Assembly: GCF_035084215.1 (NCBI RefSeq)
Contig: NC_090346.1
Location: 43,338,001-43,402,000 of the forward strand
DNA from: Heptranchias perlo
Lineage: Eukaryota
Direction: 5' to 3'
DNA length: 64,000 nucleotides
Positions 36,936-50,639 of this stretch are shown here, in pieces. The notes beneath the pieces are model-generated. The model was not told the DNA's origin, made no database searches, and saw only the letters and a program-made list of their open reading frames with translations. Every line of letters begins with the position of its first letter. The stretch's first letter is position 1. The position numbers and the translations under genes were made by a program.

Positions 36936-39689
36936 CTCTATTTTTGCATTTCCTTATGGTTAATCATACTGGAATAGCACATTGTTAAAGTGGTATAGCT
37001 GGTTGAATTGTGAATGTTGATCTGCAATCTTGTTTCCTTCCATTGATGAAATCGTCAGTTTCTGAAAAGTGATTAAATGAAGTTTTTTTAAAAATTAAAA
37101 TGATGCTCAAAATTGATGTGTGTGTATATATCTCAAGATATGAAAATGGAAATATACAGCAGGTCTGTCAGCACCTGAAAGAGGAAAGTGTGCTTCGTGT
37201 TTCACGGTCGGGGAAGAACGAGTCTTCGTCAGAACTTTTTTTTGTTTTTTCTTCATTTTCTGTTTATTTCCTTCCATTTAAATCTGATTAGCGAAATGTG
37301 GCCTGCTCAGAAAATGTTAGGGTTAGTAGTGATTGCTTTGCTTCAGTGAAACCTTTAAAATCTCCATGAAACCAGTGCAGAATTTTAAAAGTTTGGAGAT
37401 TTGTAGTGTCTGTTTACTTACTCATAATAGTGGTTCCCTTAAGCAGACGATTGTCCCATATGATCCAGAAGTTGTCTTTTTAATACTCTACGTTTGTAGA
37501 GGTACATGTCAAGTAGTAACAATTACCCCATTTGCAGTAATCTAGTGCGTTTAACAATTTTGCACCATGCTTCTAAATTATCCAGATATTACCACAGAAT
37601 GCAAGTTTGTTAACTGCAGCAGCTGAGTACTTCAATATTGTAATCACCATTAAAAATGCATTGGAAAATGTGGCAATTGACTGACAACCAGATCAATCAG
37701 CTGTGGTCTCATTTCAAGTATAATACTATTAGTAAAGTTTAATTATATAACCTAAACATGTTTTGAGCCAAGTTACTGATTACTAAAGGCTGCATTTTTC
37801 TTCCTGCTTGATTTACTCCCCTCCTGTGGACGTGCTGACTTCTGCTGAGCTATAAGTCCATATGATAACCACCCGCCCTCTGTTATCTCACCTAAGTGGC
37901 AGATAGTGATCCTGTTCCTTTGCATGCTTTCTAGCGAGGGCTACTGGATAGAGATCACGAGTAGAAACCTGACTGATGTTTTAATACTCTACGTCCAGCT
38001 GAGGGGAACTGAGCCAATTATAGCAATTCTACTTTCTGCGCTGGTTGAGATCAGCTAACCCAATGGAGACCAACACTGAACTTTCAACTTCCTATTCTAT
38101 ATGTTTTTGTACATTTAACCACTGACTGCTTGGGGGAACTAGGCTAGCACTAGTTTGCTATATCTTTCCTTTACAAATTGCTTGCTACTCACCACTTCTG
38201 CAAAATGGGGAGTGCTTGGAAAATCGTTGTTTTCCTGAATCTGCCCATTTTCAGCAAGAGACAGTGGACGTGGTAAAGCAGCAAAGGAAAGTAACAAAGC
38301 AGTGATACAAGTTACTTAGATGGAGATACCAGAGACTGATGGAGTCTCGTAGGTTCTGATATAATTAAGGAAAAAAGGTGGAAGCAAGAGCAATACCAAA
38401 GTATATGCACATGCCTATGCATAATTTATTAATATTGTGACATAGTATGCTTGCCAGGAAATAAAATTCTGATTTGCAGCACCCTTAGAGAGGTACCATG
38501 GAAACATTTACACAAACTTTCCTCTCTGTATAATTACAGAAAAGCTGCAGGACACAATGTTTAGTTGCCAGCAGACCCAGCATGCATGCTGCATTGGACT
38601 GCATTCCTAGAAGGACGTATGTGCACTCACTAGAGTTGACTATGTGCTCTGCCAATTTGTAAGACCCAAATGTCTAATGTCCTCTTCCAGGAAAATCACT
38701 GCAAGTGAACTTGCACAAATAGGGGACCATCACAGTTGCAGCAGCTGGCCCTCAGTATACTTGACCTCAGGTCCTTGGAGGGAGTAGAAAGGGAGTGTTT
38801 GGAGGACTGCTTCCTCCTGCTCCTCCAACAACTAAACTTTTTTTCCCCTTTCATTGTTATTCTTGTTAATTCTCTCACTCAGTAGCACAGGGGCATGCAT
38901 AGTAGACTGTATATTAGCATCATAGCTCTGTTCCAAAGCATTTCATCCAGAAACCACAGTAACATCTTCTTTTCTCCTATAGGCTCTTCCCAAAGTGAGG
39001 TGGAACCAGCTGATGACAGGAATAAAATGCTGTATAGCATGTTGTCATGCACTCCATCTACTACAAACACCATCACAGATTAAAACACCCCAGGACGTTT
39101 AAATAATGAGTTTAAGGATGGAGGACCAGGTGAAACACAATGACAAAGTAGGAGGAGTGAGTGTAGGGGGCAGAACAGCGACCAGCAGCCTTGACTTTAA
39201 GCTGGAGGTGTTCTTCATAAAATACAAGTTCTTTCCCTTTATTGTGGCATGGGTAAAGAGGGATTGGTATCCTCCTGGGTCTACCTTCACAAGATCGATA
39301 ACCAAAAAGTCTTCATGTTTAGTTGCATAAATGGCATTGTTTTCACTAAACGAAACCGATTCAGGAACTAAATATCAACCCTTCTTCCAAAAATACACAA
39401 ATTTAAATTAAATTGTGAATGCTGACCTTGTTTTAATTTCTGCAGACCAATCCAATGGATTAGTTATATGTCTGTTTGCTATGGATGAGGTTTAGTGCTG
39501 CAGGAGGAGTGCATCCAAACGACGTGAGTTTCAGTATGGTGACATCGTTATTATAACTTCACAAGGAGGCTGATGCTGAATGGCAGTGTAGCTTTCCTTT
39601 AGTTCTCTTTTTTTGTCGGATATGAATTGCAATGCACAGTAATTGGGGTAGGTGACTCTGAAGAATATTATTGTGAAGAAAGAAAATAC

Positions 39690-40090
39690 ATGTTTATATA
39701 ATCTCATGTTCTCCGGATAACCCAAAGCATTTCACAATCAGCAAATTATTTTTAGAGTAGTCAATTGTTTCAATGTGGCAACCAATTTTCTTCACAGAGT
39801 CCCACAAACAGTAATGAGAAAAATGACCAGTTAATCTGTTTTGGTGGTATTGGTTGAGGGATGTCTGTTGACCAAGGCAGTAGGAACACTCCTGGCTCTT
39901 CAAAAAGTGTCATGAGATCTTTTACATCCACTTAACCAGGCAGATGGGGCCTTGGTTTCATGTCTCATCCAAAGGAGAGCACTTCCGACCATGCACTAAT
40001 GTGTCAGTATGCTTAAGACTTGGAGTGGGATTTAAACCCACAACTTTCTAACTTCATGGCAAAAGTACTGCTATTGAGCCAAGTTGACAC
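39690..40090 (-). mobile_element. Deu-domain SINE
   Basis: Reverse complement of family head, core and tail. Confidence 0.82.
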
Positions 40091-43000
40091 TAATACCAGG
40101 TTCATGCCTTGCATCTGTATGCTATTTGGCATCTCTGAGTTCCAGTGCCAGGTGAAAATAACATGAAGGACAGAGCTAAGACAACTTCAAGTTTTAAAGA
40201 AATTTTTGTCTTCACTGTGATCCACATACCAGAGTAGATTGTCCTGCAAACAGGAGGGACAGACACAGGACTCAACATTCAAGCAATCGCTTGCACAGTA
40301 GGTGCAGATTGTTACCTTTGGTTATCAGCTGTCAGATCCTGCTGTTTCAGGTAACATTAAGGGATATTCCATTGAAACAGTAGCTACTTGCAAACCTGCA
40401 TGACATTTGTACAGCAGCTAAATTAGCAGATCTTTACTAGGTATATAGTAAAGATCGGATGTGAAATTAAACATCAGGAATTTCATGAGAAGGAAAAATA
40501 GGGCAGACGGTTACATAACCTGCTTTTCAAATGGGATTATTTGTTTTCAATGTATGGGGCATTGGAACTTTAAATTAATATTCTAAACTATTCACTATTA
40601 TAATACCAAAACCAGGTAACACTTCACTGATTTGTTAAAATAAAAAACACTCTATATAATAATTTTGTTCAGGATGAAAGAGGCAAAACCTGATGGAAGT
40701 CAACCCAATAACCCATTTAGACAATTCACTATGTAAAGGTCAATCTACTACTCAAGCATATATTCTTAATATACCCCATCCCACCTTCACAATATGGTGG
40801 AAAGGTTCCAAATCAGAGAAATTAGTTTTTACTTTGTCTCCATTTAGGTTCCTGTGCCATACACAATGTTCAGACTGAGCTGGTAGACAGACCACCTGCT
40901 GCTAGGCCTGTACCAATGTCACCATTGAGTTAAGTACTACAAGATGCACAGTAGATGCAGGAAAGCTCACAGTCTTTTCTCACCACCTCTCCCACGGTGG
41001 CATAACCAAGATTGGCAGCTTGTCAGATGAGAGTCACAGATGTAAACTCTACTCCCATCATATCACTCCAGCACACAACCCATTGGTGTTTTAGATTTAC
41101 ATCGGTCGGATGACCATATTTTCATCAACTGCTGCCTATTTGTATTATTAAGAATACAAAAACAAAGATTTCACTCTGGTTAGTTTGAAATTGCTCTGCA
41201 CCTTAACCTTCTATCACAGCAGACTCCAACATTGGTTATAGCTATAGCTACTACTAAGCAGTGGTGTCACTTGGAATACATTCATGACTTCCACAAATTA
41301 TGTTAACAGACGTTGCTATTCACATGGAGGAAATCTTGATAAGTGACAAGCCTCACATGTGGAATGAAACATGATGCATGCTAACTGCGTAAATGCAAAG
41401 GTTGAATTTTCCAACCCCCATTGAAAGCTGGTACAAAGTCTCTAGGCCTTTCCCTGCATCCGGCTGCAATCCTGTTCTTTTGTTATCCAATACAACAAAA
41501 AAGCTAGAGGTGCAAAATGAAGCTGGGATAGCAAGATGACATAACACTTGATCACAAATCCTGTCGGGGTTAAGTTTGCTAGCTTCACAGGGCGGAACAG
41601 GAACACAAAAAGGCCAGGAGTATCTTGCTATTTTATATTAAATTTGAAATTGTGCATGGAAAAGTGCATTCAAGCAGGTTGTTACAGAGTACAAGCCAAA
41701 TTTCTTAGAATTTGCTAATGTAAAATTTGCATTAAAAACCACAATAGAGCATAGTCCAAAGTCATTACCAAATATCCAAGAGTGCGTAGTTGGACTTTTG
41801 TACATCATGTCTTAAAACATCTTAAAATTAACAGTTGGGTGCTTTGATAGCATCCATGGACAGAAGTGACATAGAAATACACTCAAACTATGCAGTGTCA
41901 TTGAGTGAACAGCAGCTTTTAGCTGGTTTGTACTCTTAACTACAGTGCCAGCTATGACGTGCTACAAGCCCAATGTTCAAGATAAGGTGGTTTGCGAAAA
42001 CATATAATCCACATAGACCAGGTCAATAGGTACAATATACCAACTTTTTTGTTTTCATTCAGTGCTCCTCAAGCCCAATCTTACGGGACCCTTTCATAGT
42101 AGTAATGGTATTCCCAATTTCTAGAAATAACTTGAAACTCTCAATGATAGGCTAGCTTAAATTGATAGCTAAACAATTGAAAACAGCAAGACTCTGATAT
42201 TCAAGTATGTGCTGTCTACTTTCCATAGGGACCAAAGCCCTCATGTTTGTATGTGTTACTATAATTCCCCATAATAACTATTGGGACTAACTGGAAAAAT
42301 CAGTACTTCTTGCCTCTTGGTAATGCCCTCATTGCATAATGGTATTTATTCTGTATTGATGGCACAATGAGAATGTATCTGTGTTTACATTTACGTGCAT
42401 GTGAATAAATTGTTGATTAATGTGCAAATGATACGGATGATAACTTTTTCAAGCAATCCTCCTCGGAATCTAGAGGCAGTACTGTAACATTATGTTATTT
42501 GCTGCTTTTATGACAATAATTACACGAGTTACAATGCCGCTGTGGCACAATGCAATACAAAAGAAAAATATATTTCAAATATATAACATTTTAAATGACC
42601 GTATAGTAGATTTAAATATATTAGCATTCTTTTAGCTGCCGTCTTAGCTAAACCTTTTGGGCCAAAAGTGGTTTCTGTTTTCCGAGCACGTCCATTGACC
42701 AGATTGGTTACTCCCAAAGGAAGCATGAGTTGAAAGGTCATATACTGTGCCAGGCTTAAAAGGAAACATTTATCCGTGGGTTTCAATTTCTTTTGAGCCT
42801 GCAGAGTATTTCTGCATTTTGGACTGTCAGCTGCGGAGTAATGAGTAAGGCAATCAGTTTCACGGATAATTCACTGGATGAGTCGTCAGTAAGCAGTTAA
42901 CATCGGATTACATTTAAACTTTTGAAGCGGTTGGATTTCTAATGTTATGTAGCACGAGGTCCTGGAAAATGTGTTCGCAGCACCTGTTCTGCAGCTCTGC

Positions 43001-43746
43001 TCTACAGAACACCTCAGAGGATGAGCTAGATAGGAATTTCACAGTTACAATCTACACTGTAGGGAGTCAAATCGAATATGTATCACCATTAACCAAAGTA
43101 AATGTGATCGCTAGTAAAAATGGCATTGTATTGTCCGAGACTAAGTCCAGGACAGTGATGGTTCATCGAACACTGTTCTCCTCTGATGACCAACTGTGAC
43201 ACTGCTTACTGCAAACCTCAGCAGTAGAGTCAATAACTGCAACAAATTCAAATCGGAATTGAAAAGCAGCAAGCGGGGAAAAATAAAACCAATACATTGA
43301 TGAGTTACTAGATTGTGAGGGTTCATTATTTGAAGATGTGGCCTTCGTCAAATATTCCTGGATCTGGTTAAAGCTCTGATCTGCAACATATTAAATACCA
43401 CAGATCAACAGCTGAAGATTATGTTAGATTCTCTATCTCTGCAACCGTAACAACTACAATCTATTGCACATTTGAAGGGGAGAGAAAATGGGTGCAATTA
43501 CTCGAACGTTATTGGATCCTAACCAGACCTGCATTATTTCCTAAATAATGTGCCTTTAAGGGAAAAGTACCTAAACAACTAAAAACACAGGAAACTAAAA
43601 TCTCACATGCATGGTGATATGTATTTGCATTAAAAGTAACCTGCACTGTTATCAATTAATGGTCACATGCTACTTATTGTTCGAGTTCTGTATCAGGCTA
43701 TCACTTTTCATTGGTAACTAAAACATTTAAGGCCGCCTGCAGAGCG

Positions 43747-43886
43747 TCATTTGCGTTTGCTGTCCAGTAATGCTTTCCAATCATCAGCCCAAGAGTGCAG
43801 TCGCCTTTTAGGGGGTCTCAGTTGCTCGTGAATATTGTGACAGGTTGAGAAGAGTACGTGCTCCCATTTAGGATAGGGGTCCACAC
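43747..43886 (-). CDS. NT5M: NT5M final coding exon; spliced CDS 678 nt = 225 aa
   Basis: tttgtag| then GVDPYPKWEHVLFSTCHNIHEQLRPPKRRLHSWADDWKALLDSKRK*. Confidence 0.97.
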
Positions 43887-44007
43887 CTACAAAATACAAT
43901 TAGCAATGTAAATGATAGACGTCATTTGGAAATCATTCTGAAAACATGGTGGTACAAGAGACGTATGTACTGACGGGCTAATATCCTCTGAGAACCCAAG
44001 CTCGAAG

Positions 44008-44072
44008 TAGAAGAGGAGGGAGATGGGTTGGGAGAGGAGGGAGATGGGTTGGGAGAGGAGGGAGATGGGTGG
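44008..44072. repeat. 21-bp tandem repeat, ~3 copies (GAGGAGGGAGATGGGTTGGGA)
   Basis: Directly visible; gives ISLLSQP repeats in a spurious ORF. Confidence 0.85.
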
Positions 44073-44135
44073 GAAGATTTTCGTGGAGCCAGAAAGAACT
44101 TTCATGCTCCTCCTGACCCCACAAAAAAAACTTCC

Positions 44136-44436
44136 ACCACAAGGGGACATAGATTCAAGGTAAAAGGCGGGAGGTTTAGAGGGGATTTGAGAAAGAACTT
44201 TTTCACCCAGAGGGTGGTTGGAGTCTGGAACTCACTGCCTGAAAGGGTTGTGGAGGCAGGAACCCTCACAACATTCAAGAAGCATTTGGATGAGCACTTG
44301 AAATGCCATAGCATACAAGGCTACGGACCAAATGCTGGAATATGGGATTAGAGTGGACAGGGCTGATGGCCTGCGCGGACACGATGGGCCGAAGGGCCTC
44401 TATCCGTGCTGTATAACTCTATGACTATGACTCTAT
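44136..44436 (+). mobile_element. CR1 LINE 3' end
   Basis: TRGHRFKVKGGRFRGDLRKNFFTQRVVGVWNSLP; (ctctatga) tail. Confidence 0.9.
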
Positions 44437-45279
44437 GGTACATGAAAATAGCATTGGGGTCCCACAACTGGCGCAGGATCCTAAATTTAAATATTGACTT
44501 AGGCATTGTTTCGCCCCGGGGGGGGGGAATGCTGGCCATCTATTTCGAGGCCCGCTCGAAAATAAGGTTTGCTGGGCCTCGGGCGGAAAATGGACGAGAA
44601 GCTTTTTTTTAAAAAAAATCATCCGCTGACCCCCGACTTATACTGAAAATCACCCACCCCGCCGATTTGTCTTCTCCCACTGCCTCCCTGGAGGATCGTC
44701 ACTAGTTGGCCGTCAGACAACCAACAAGCTTAGGTGGACAGCAGGAGCTTCTCACTACCTGCATGGCAAAACTTCCATAAGATGTGTGAGTGATCTGGCT
44801 CGTTTGATTGTGCACTGTCTCTGGTTCTCTTTTGAATGGTTCCTTAGCTCAGCTATTCCGCTTCCATTTGGAAGTAATGTGTGAATAAACCTATTTTAGC
44901 CTGTTACGAAAAATGTTTGGTGTGGCTGATATTATCCTTCTTAAGTGATAGGAGACATAATGGAATCCGATGTGCTAAGTGGATCAAGTTTACAATAAGC
45001 GAGACAATTAGTCACCGTGTGGCACACTATATCCACATACTAAATGCTTACGGTTAAGTTTTTGATCATAGGGAATGCAGATTTGTCTATGGAAGCTGAC
45101 TTTTGCTTTGAGAATGAGGAAAAAAAAGTATTGGGACCAAACCTGAATTCTAACTATGATCATTATGTTATGGCTGGGGAATTGTTTTAAGACTTCGAGG
45201 CAGCCTTCCATTTCGAGAAAACATAAGTATTTTTGTTTAATTTTGTTTATACATGGACCTTGTAAGTGAGAGCATTTTA

Positions 45280-45441
<162 letters not shown>

Positions 45442-45993
45442 TTAACTTAATAGTATAAAAGTCTCAAAGATGGAAAGAGTTGTTAATTTTAATACTTTTT
45501 TCCCATTGATATCTTTTGATTTTTCCTTTTAGTTACTTGTGCATGAATAATAGAAATTACGGCAAAAAATGGAACGTTGGAACCTAACTTTCTGTGGATT
45601 ATGTTTCCCTCTAGTCCGCGGCTCTGAGTTCATTCTCACCATACGTTAAAAGTTATCTAATGTTACAGTTACTATCTTAAGTTCCAGATGGTCAACAAAA
45701 GCAAAGATTTTTTTTCTGTGCAACCAATGTAGAAAATTGTAAACTCATTCTTTAGAAATGTGCTTATGATTGAACTATACTTTTGTCACTATTTGGTGTC
45801 TCATTGATGATGACCTTTTACTTCACATGGTTAGATAACTTTATCCAGTGTGTATGCGGTTGCATTCTATGGCCTTCCATATTAGACATAACTATATCAG
45901 TTGGATGTACATGTGGAGTAAAAGTTCATATTTCTGAATAAACCTTAATAATTGGTCATCTATTTTCTTGGATGAAGTTTCCTCGTAACTTAC

Positions 45994-46054
45994 TTTTTCA
46001 TAAGGGCAGTAATCATACTTCTTTATTGGACTGGTGCAAATGAATACATCTGTG
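45994..46054 (-). CDS. NT5M: NT5M coding exon 3
   Basis: 61 nt, ccacag|...|gtaagt. TDVFICTSPIKKYDYCPYEK. Preceded by a 91-nt intron. Confidence 0.97.
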
Positions 46055-46145
46055 CTGTGGAAGAGCAGAAGTAACGTTACTACAGAAATTCTGTTAAGTC
46101 AAGCATGAATTAGAATACTTTTGGGGTTTAAAGTTATGAACTCAC

Positions 46146-46246
46146 TTTTTCAAGTTGGCCATCTCTTTCACAGCCTCCACTGCGCCAGGAAGGGGATCCA
46201 GTTCAATAAAGAAGTTCTTTGACTCCCAAATACTTATTGCTTTTTC
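46146..46246 (-). CDS. NT5M: NT5M coding exon 2
   Basis: 101 nt, tcacag|...|gtgagt. EKAISIWESKNFFIELDPLPGAVEAVKEMANLK. Confidence 0.97.
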
Positions 46247-46589
46247 CTGTGATTTTTTTAAATGCAAGAATGTTACGTTCAAAAGAAACTTTTGTTGAAC
46301 AGTCTTCATTTACATCAATTTCTTTTCTTCAGGTAATCTGTTCCCTTGCACTGACAGTTAAATGACCCAATTTATTGTGAACTATGGTAAGGTACAAGGT
46401 AGTAAATTAAATCTTCTGGAGCATAAACACCGGCATAGACCAGTTGGGCCAAATGGCCTGTTTCTGTGCTGTAAATTCTATGGGGAATTGTCCAAAAGCT
46501 AACAAGAAAAAAATTGTATTTGCATGTCAACAAATATGACAAGGCCCAGTGTGTGAAGTACCTGGTATCTGCTTGACTTAATTGGTTGT

Positions 46590-46955
46590 ATTATTGTTGC
46601 TGAGCCCCACATGAGCACATAATCTAGACTTACACTCCAATACAGGGGGAGTCTTGCATTGTTGGAGGCGAATGAAAAGATAAACTCGGATTCCAGCTAT
46701 CTACTCAGATAGATATTGAAGATTCCAAGACACTTAAGAGAACAGGTTTTTTTCCTGGTGTCCTGGCCAACATTTCGCCCTCAACCACAATCATCAAAAA
46801 TTAATTATTGGTATTGGTGTCCTTGTTTGTGGGATCTTGCTGTGTACAAGATAGCTGTCGTGTTTCTCTACATAACTATATTCAATGTACTATGTAATTA
46901 ATTATGTGAATGCTCAAACGTTTTAAAGCACATGTGATAAATGCAAGTCTTTCAT
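46590..46955 (+). mobile_element. Deu-domain SINE (diverged)
   Basis: gtttgtgggatcttgctgtg core; ataaatgcaagtcttt tail. Confidence 0.78.
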
Positions 46956-48329
46956 TGACCCTGAGCGTTCTCAGAAACTGAGAATGGCTACATTCACAGT
47001 TGATTTACAGTTTTCAGGGAAAATTGATGCAATTGTGGACTTCCATCCCCAAAATGGTGGTCAAAATCCTGGAATCCCATGTAATAAAAACATTATTACA
47101 AATTGGCTTGCTTGGTTACTGTAACTCAGTGCCTGGGCTTACGACTTTAGCAACCATCCTTTAATTTTATGGTATACTGTGTAAAGCAGCACCTTGAGTG
47201 GCAACCCAGGTGCTTTAATGAATAGCACTGCACTCTTTTTTAAAAAAAATCCAAGTTTCATGACCAGTCTTGAGCTTTAGGTGCATTAAATTTCTGCTAA
47301 AGGTAAGATTTTCCGGCTTTCGATCAAACTGTGTGGAACAGAAATAAAATGGCCAGCAGTTTGCAAGTGTTTCTTTCTCTACGACACTGGGAAGGTGTTC
47401 CTCCCTGTATTGCTCAAGAGCACCTCATGGAGGACAACACATGAACAACATTGAAAGGATAAATTTGCATATCTTGCATGTTCTCTGAAGCATAATGAAT
47501 GACAATGTAATTAGGCACGGCATTGAAGTAAGGGAGTTTTTTTTTAAATGTGCTTTTCCAAATTGAGCTAATAAATGGCATTCTACATCAGAACAATTAA
47601 CAGAAGTTTGAAGCGATGGAACAACCTTGGAGTAGGGTTAATTTTTTGCTTCCACTGTGCCAGCGGAGAGCCTTGTCCGCCAGGAGCGCAAGTCTGGGGG
47701 AATTGCGCGCATGCAGCTATAATGTAGGTCCATTAATTTGGAGGGAATATGGTGAGCTGTACGTGCGTAATTTTCTGATATGTGCTCTTGGCGGAAGAAG
47801 CTCTGCGACAGGAGCAGGTAGATGGAACATTTGCCCTCAAAAGTTCTTAATTTATCGTAAGCTTTAGTAGTTTATTTTTAAAGGGGAAAGAAAGCAACGT
47901 CCACCCCCAGTTTGGACTATTTCAAATTTAATCTTCAGCTAGCACTTGTTCAAACCTGCCGAAGGAGCACCACTTCAATTACTTGTTCCCAAGTCTATAC
48001 TTATCCAACAACGCACAATTCCACGTAAATAACTTGCAGTTTCTTTTAAAGTTCTATAACAGTTAACAGAAACTGCAAGTCAGTGGCAGTTAAATCAATC
48101 AGCTGTAAGTAATTGCCTGAAGAGGTAATTACTGTGAGCTGGAAGTTGAGTGAACAGTTCCAACTGGTGTTCTCAAAAGGTGTATAAAGTAGAAGGTTAT
48201 CTGCTGAACAGAGTTGGATTGTGAACCAAGTGGGAACTTGAGAGGGGAAAGGAGGTGCTAATTTTTTTTTAAAAAGCGAAAAAAAAACCAAAACAGGCTA
48301 AAAAGTAATTATCTATAAATAAATAGATA

Positions 48330-50330
48330 ATTTAGTCGAGAGAAGTGGCACTGAGCACCAGGGGAGGAGCCCTGGCTGTCAGTATAAAAGTGAGAGCCGA
48401 GTCGAGATCAATGGCGCTGAGCACCAGGGGAGGAGCCCTTTCCCCATTTACTAAGAACAGAGAGTGACATCACTGAACGGAGGAGGAGCAGCTCTGAGAC
48501 CTGGAATGAAAGGGTAGATTAATTGGGGTAAGTAAACAGTAAGTAAATGAATAATAGAGTAAAGGGAGTTTAGAAAAAAAATTCCTAAATATAATGGATG
48601 GGCAGCTGAGACCCAGTGTCTGCAATTCCTGCGCCATGTGGGAACTTCAGGATGCTTCATGTGTCCTGGAGGGCCACGTGTACAAGAAATGCCTCCAGTT
48701 GCTCAAGCTCAAGTTGAGGGTTTGAATTTGAGGGGTGGCTGGAGGTTTCCTGGATCACTAGTGCTGATGGCCGGCGCGGACACGATGGGCCGAAGGGCCT
48801 CTATCCGTGCTGTATGACTCTATGTGATCACTCTGCAGCCACAAAGAGTTCAGGATAGCAAATGGGTGGCCATCCGAAAGGGTAGGAAGAGGCAACGTAA
48901 GGGGAACAGCCAGAAGTCGTGGTCCATGTGGATACCAACGACATAGAAAAGGGATGAGGTCCTGCGGTCAGAGTATCAGGAGCTAGGGAGGAAGTTAAAA
49001 AGCAGGACCTCAAAGGTAGTAACCTCTGGATTACTCCCAGTACCACGTGCTAGTGAGTACAGAAATAGGAAGATAAGGCAAGTTAATGTGTGGCTAGAGA
49101 CATGCTGCAAGAGGGAGGGCTTCAGATTCTTGGGGCATTGGGACCAGTTCTGGGGCAGGAGGGACCTCCAAGACAGATGGGTTGCACCTCAACAGAGCTG
49201 GGACTGATGTCCTTGTGGGGAGGTTCACTAGTGCTGTGGGGGAGGATTTAAACTAATGTGGCAGGGGGATGGGCACCAGGATGTAGCATTAGAAAGGAGA
49301 AACAAGGTGCACAAAAGATTGGGAGACATAAATAGCACAGTATTAGGTGGGATCAGACCAACATAGAATACAAGAAGGTCTAAGGTTTACAGTGCATATG
49401 TGTAAATGCACAAAGCAGGTAAACAAAATTGGTGAGCTGTAGGTGCAAATAGCCACATGGGAATATGATGTAGTGGTGAAAATGCAGACCTTACTCTCAA
49501 AAGGGCAGGATTGGGTACTAAATATTCCTGGATACAAGGTGTTCAGGAAAGAAAGGGGGGGGGGGGTAGTATTGATTAAGGAGAATATTGCAGGCCTGGA
49601 GAGAGAGGATGTCCTTGAGGTGTCAAGGACAGAATCTAATTGGTTTGAGTTAAGAAACGAGGTGCCATTACACTATTGGTTGGTGGCCTATAGAATATAC
49701 CGAGTGAGAAGGATATAGAGAAGCAAATTTGCAAGGAAATTAAAGAGGTGCAAGAACTATAGCATTGTGATAATGGGGGACTTTAATTATCCTAATATAG
49801 ACAGGGATAGTAATAATGTAAAGGGCAAAGAGGGGGAGGAATTTCTGAAGTGTGTTCAGGAGAAATTGATTGGTATGTTTCCAGCCCATTGAAGAAGGAG
49901 GCATTGCTTGACCTAGTTCTGGGGAATGAAGTGGAGCAAGTACCACAGAATATTTAGGGAACAGTGATCATAGTATCATAAGGTTTAGATTTAGTTATGG
50001 AAAAAGACAAGGAGCAATCTAGAGTAAAAATACTTAATTGGAGGAGGGCCAATTTCAGTGGGTTGAGAATGAATCTGGCTTGGGTAAATTGGAATCAAAG
50101 GTTGGCAGGCAAAACTGTAATTAAACAATGGGCAGCCTTTAAAGAGATGATGGTTCGGGTACAGTCTAGGTACATTCCTACGAGGGGGAAAGGTAGGGAA
50201 ACCAAATCCAGAGCCAATTGCAGGGCTACGAGGAAAGAGTGGGGGAATGGGACTAACTGGATTGCTCTTACAAAGAGCTGGCACGGGCCAAATGGCTTCC
50301 TTCTGTGCTGTAACCATTCTATGATAGGAA
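48330..50330 (+). mobile_element. Decayed CR1 LINE with 5' UTR, ORF1 (zinc finger + SGNH esterase) and ORF2 endonuclease; RT region missing
   Basis: CNSCAMWE..CKKC; VVVHVDTNDI; LHLNRAG; LNIPGYKVFRK..GGGV; IMGDFNYPNID; LDLVLGNE; SDH. Joined directly to a CR1 3' UTR at ~50218. Confidence 0.85.
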
Positions 50331-50639
50331 AATGAAAATTTTCTTTTAATAGTCACAGATTATCAGAGAAAGGTAACGTCTTCCTAATACCCCAAGTCCT
50401 GTTGATCTAACTCCAACAGTAGCTCTTTGGTTTACTCCTGAAGTAACTTCTTTGTTTGCAGCTGTAGTAAGTCTCACTGTCTGCTCTGAAGTTTTTGTTT
50501 TTGTCTCAATTGGTTATTCTAGGAGTATTGCACAAAGGCATACTCACTAACCCAGTGAGTTGGCGACCTCGTTTTCTTTCTTTTCTGCTCTGTTCCCAGT
50601 CAAAAAGCAGGGACCTACCCAACAGTGGTATTAGTTGAC

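Noticed and set aside
37478-37994. 16-nt exact repeat TTTTAATACTCTACGT about 500 bp apart, as a possible TSD
   Set aside because: The second copy lies inside a dispersed repeat and the pair does not bound a coherent element.
38696-39330. Cluster of short Cys-containing ORFs, checked for PLA2G10, MED9 or a transposase
   Set aside because: No YGCxCG or CCxxHDxC motif and no other recognisable motif; no consistent exon chain.
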